DNA from: an uncultured Clostridia bacterium
GTDB lineage: Bacteria; Bacillota; Clostridia; Peptostreptococcales; Anaerovoracaceae
Assembly (NCBI GenBank): GCA_934233735.1
Contig: CAKQGQ010000005.1
Coordinates: forward strand, 24,778-88,777
Reading direction: 5' to 3'
DNA: 64,000 bases
In this document: positions 63,911 to 64,000 of the stretch, piece by piece
How the letters are laid out: each line of letters begins with the position of its first letter
Position numbering within the stretch: position 1 is the stretch's first letter
Program-made: the position numbers and the translations under genes
Notes under the pieces: model-generated
Told to the model about the DNA's origin: nothing
What the model saw: the letters and a program-made list of their open reading frames with translations, nothing else
Database searches by the model: none

Positions 63911-64000
63911 CAGCTATGCTTGAAACGAAAAACTTAGGAATCTCTTTCGGCGGGCTGAAGGCAGTTGATGAGCTCACGATGACGATCCAAAAGGGACAGT
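63907..64000 (+). CDS. livG: ABC transporter ATP-binding protein (LivG family), 3'-partial
   Basis: MTAMLETKNLGISFGGLKAVDELTMTIQKGQ is a typical LivG N-terminus. ATGA overlap with livM. The gene runs off the window. Confidence 0.8.
   Translation, partial: MTAMLETKNLGISFGGLKAVDELTMTIQKGQ

Noticed and set aside
1-64000. Searched by eye for CRISPR arrays, rRNA genes, group II intron or retron reverse transcriptases, and integrase/recombinase genes
   Set aside because: No regularly spaced short repeats, no rRNA-like sequence, and no reverse-transcriptase (YxDD) or recombinase (R-H-R-Y, or serine-recombinase N-terminal) signatures were recognised in any long ORF.

Overview
About the first 54.4 kb is the interior and right-hand part of a Firmicutes (Clostridia-type, by gene families; inference) conjugative element, almost entirely on the + strand. 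In order it carries:
- a partition/maintenance module (ParA, two ParB-like proteins, HU);
- a candidate type I toxin/antisense-RNA pair;
- a ~2.4k-aa surface-anchored adhesin (candidate thioester domain, two HxDxxDxxQ ester-bond domains, VPKTG sorting signal);
- an anti-restriction block: an ArdC-like protein, a 2.7k-aa polyvalent ArdC-N / N6-methyltransferase / SNF2-helicase protein, an AbiEii-like nucleotidyltransferase pair, and a 1.3k-aa RadC-JAB / novel repeat / pentapeptide-repeat protein;
- a Gram-positive type IV secretion module (VirD4-type coupling protein, VirB6-like, PrgI/VirB3-like, VirB4, M23 hydrolase, accessory proteins);
- a putative leading region of small genes (45.4-51.9 kb);
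- a candidate oriT, then an RHH/RHH/relaxase operon.

No integrase/recombinase, rRNA or CRISPR array was seen, so the left end of the element lies outside the window. Downstream come an IS30-family transposase, tRNA-Arg(ACG) with a decayed copy of its 3' end 500 nt away, and ordinary chromosome (ECF sigma/anti-sigma, secreted nuclease, TRIC-type channel, Liv-type ABC transporter).

Most interesting observations:
1. Two ~285-nt copies of a rod-like structured element lie in front of leading-region operons. They show one compensatory base-pair change, and a -35/-10 pair that only makes sense on the folded transferred strand, so they are candidate ssDNA promoters.
2. A complete TnpV-family gene is nested out of frame inside the still-open giant polyvalent ORF.
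3. A RadC-JAB polyvalent protein carries four copies of an unrecognised GCYW...GWH domain plus a DNA-mimic-type pentapeptide-repeat segment.
4. A 31-aa hydrophobic peptide is paired with a convergent minus-strand promoter and a shared bidirectional terminator.
5. A 2.3-kb AT-rich sigma/anti-sigma/secreted-protein cassette is bracketed by 104-bp direct repeats that duplicate the 5' end of a nuclease-fold gene.

All functional calls rest on motif recognition by eye; no database search was run.
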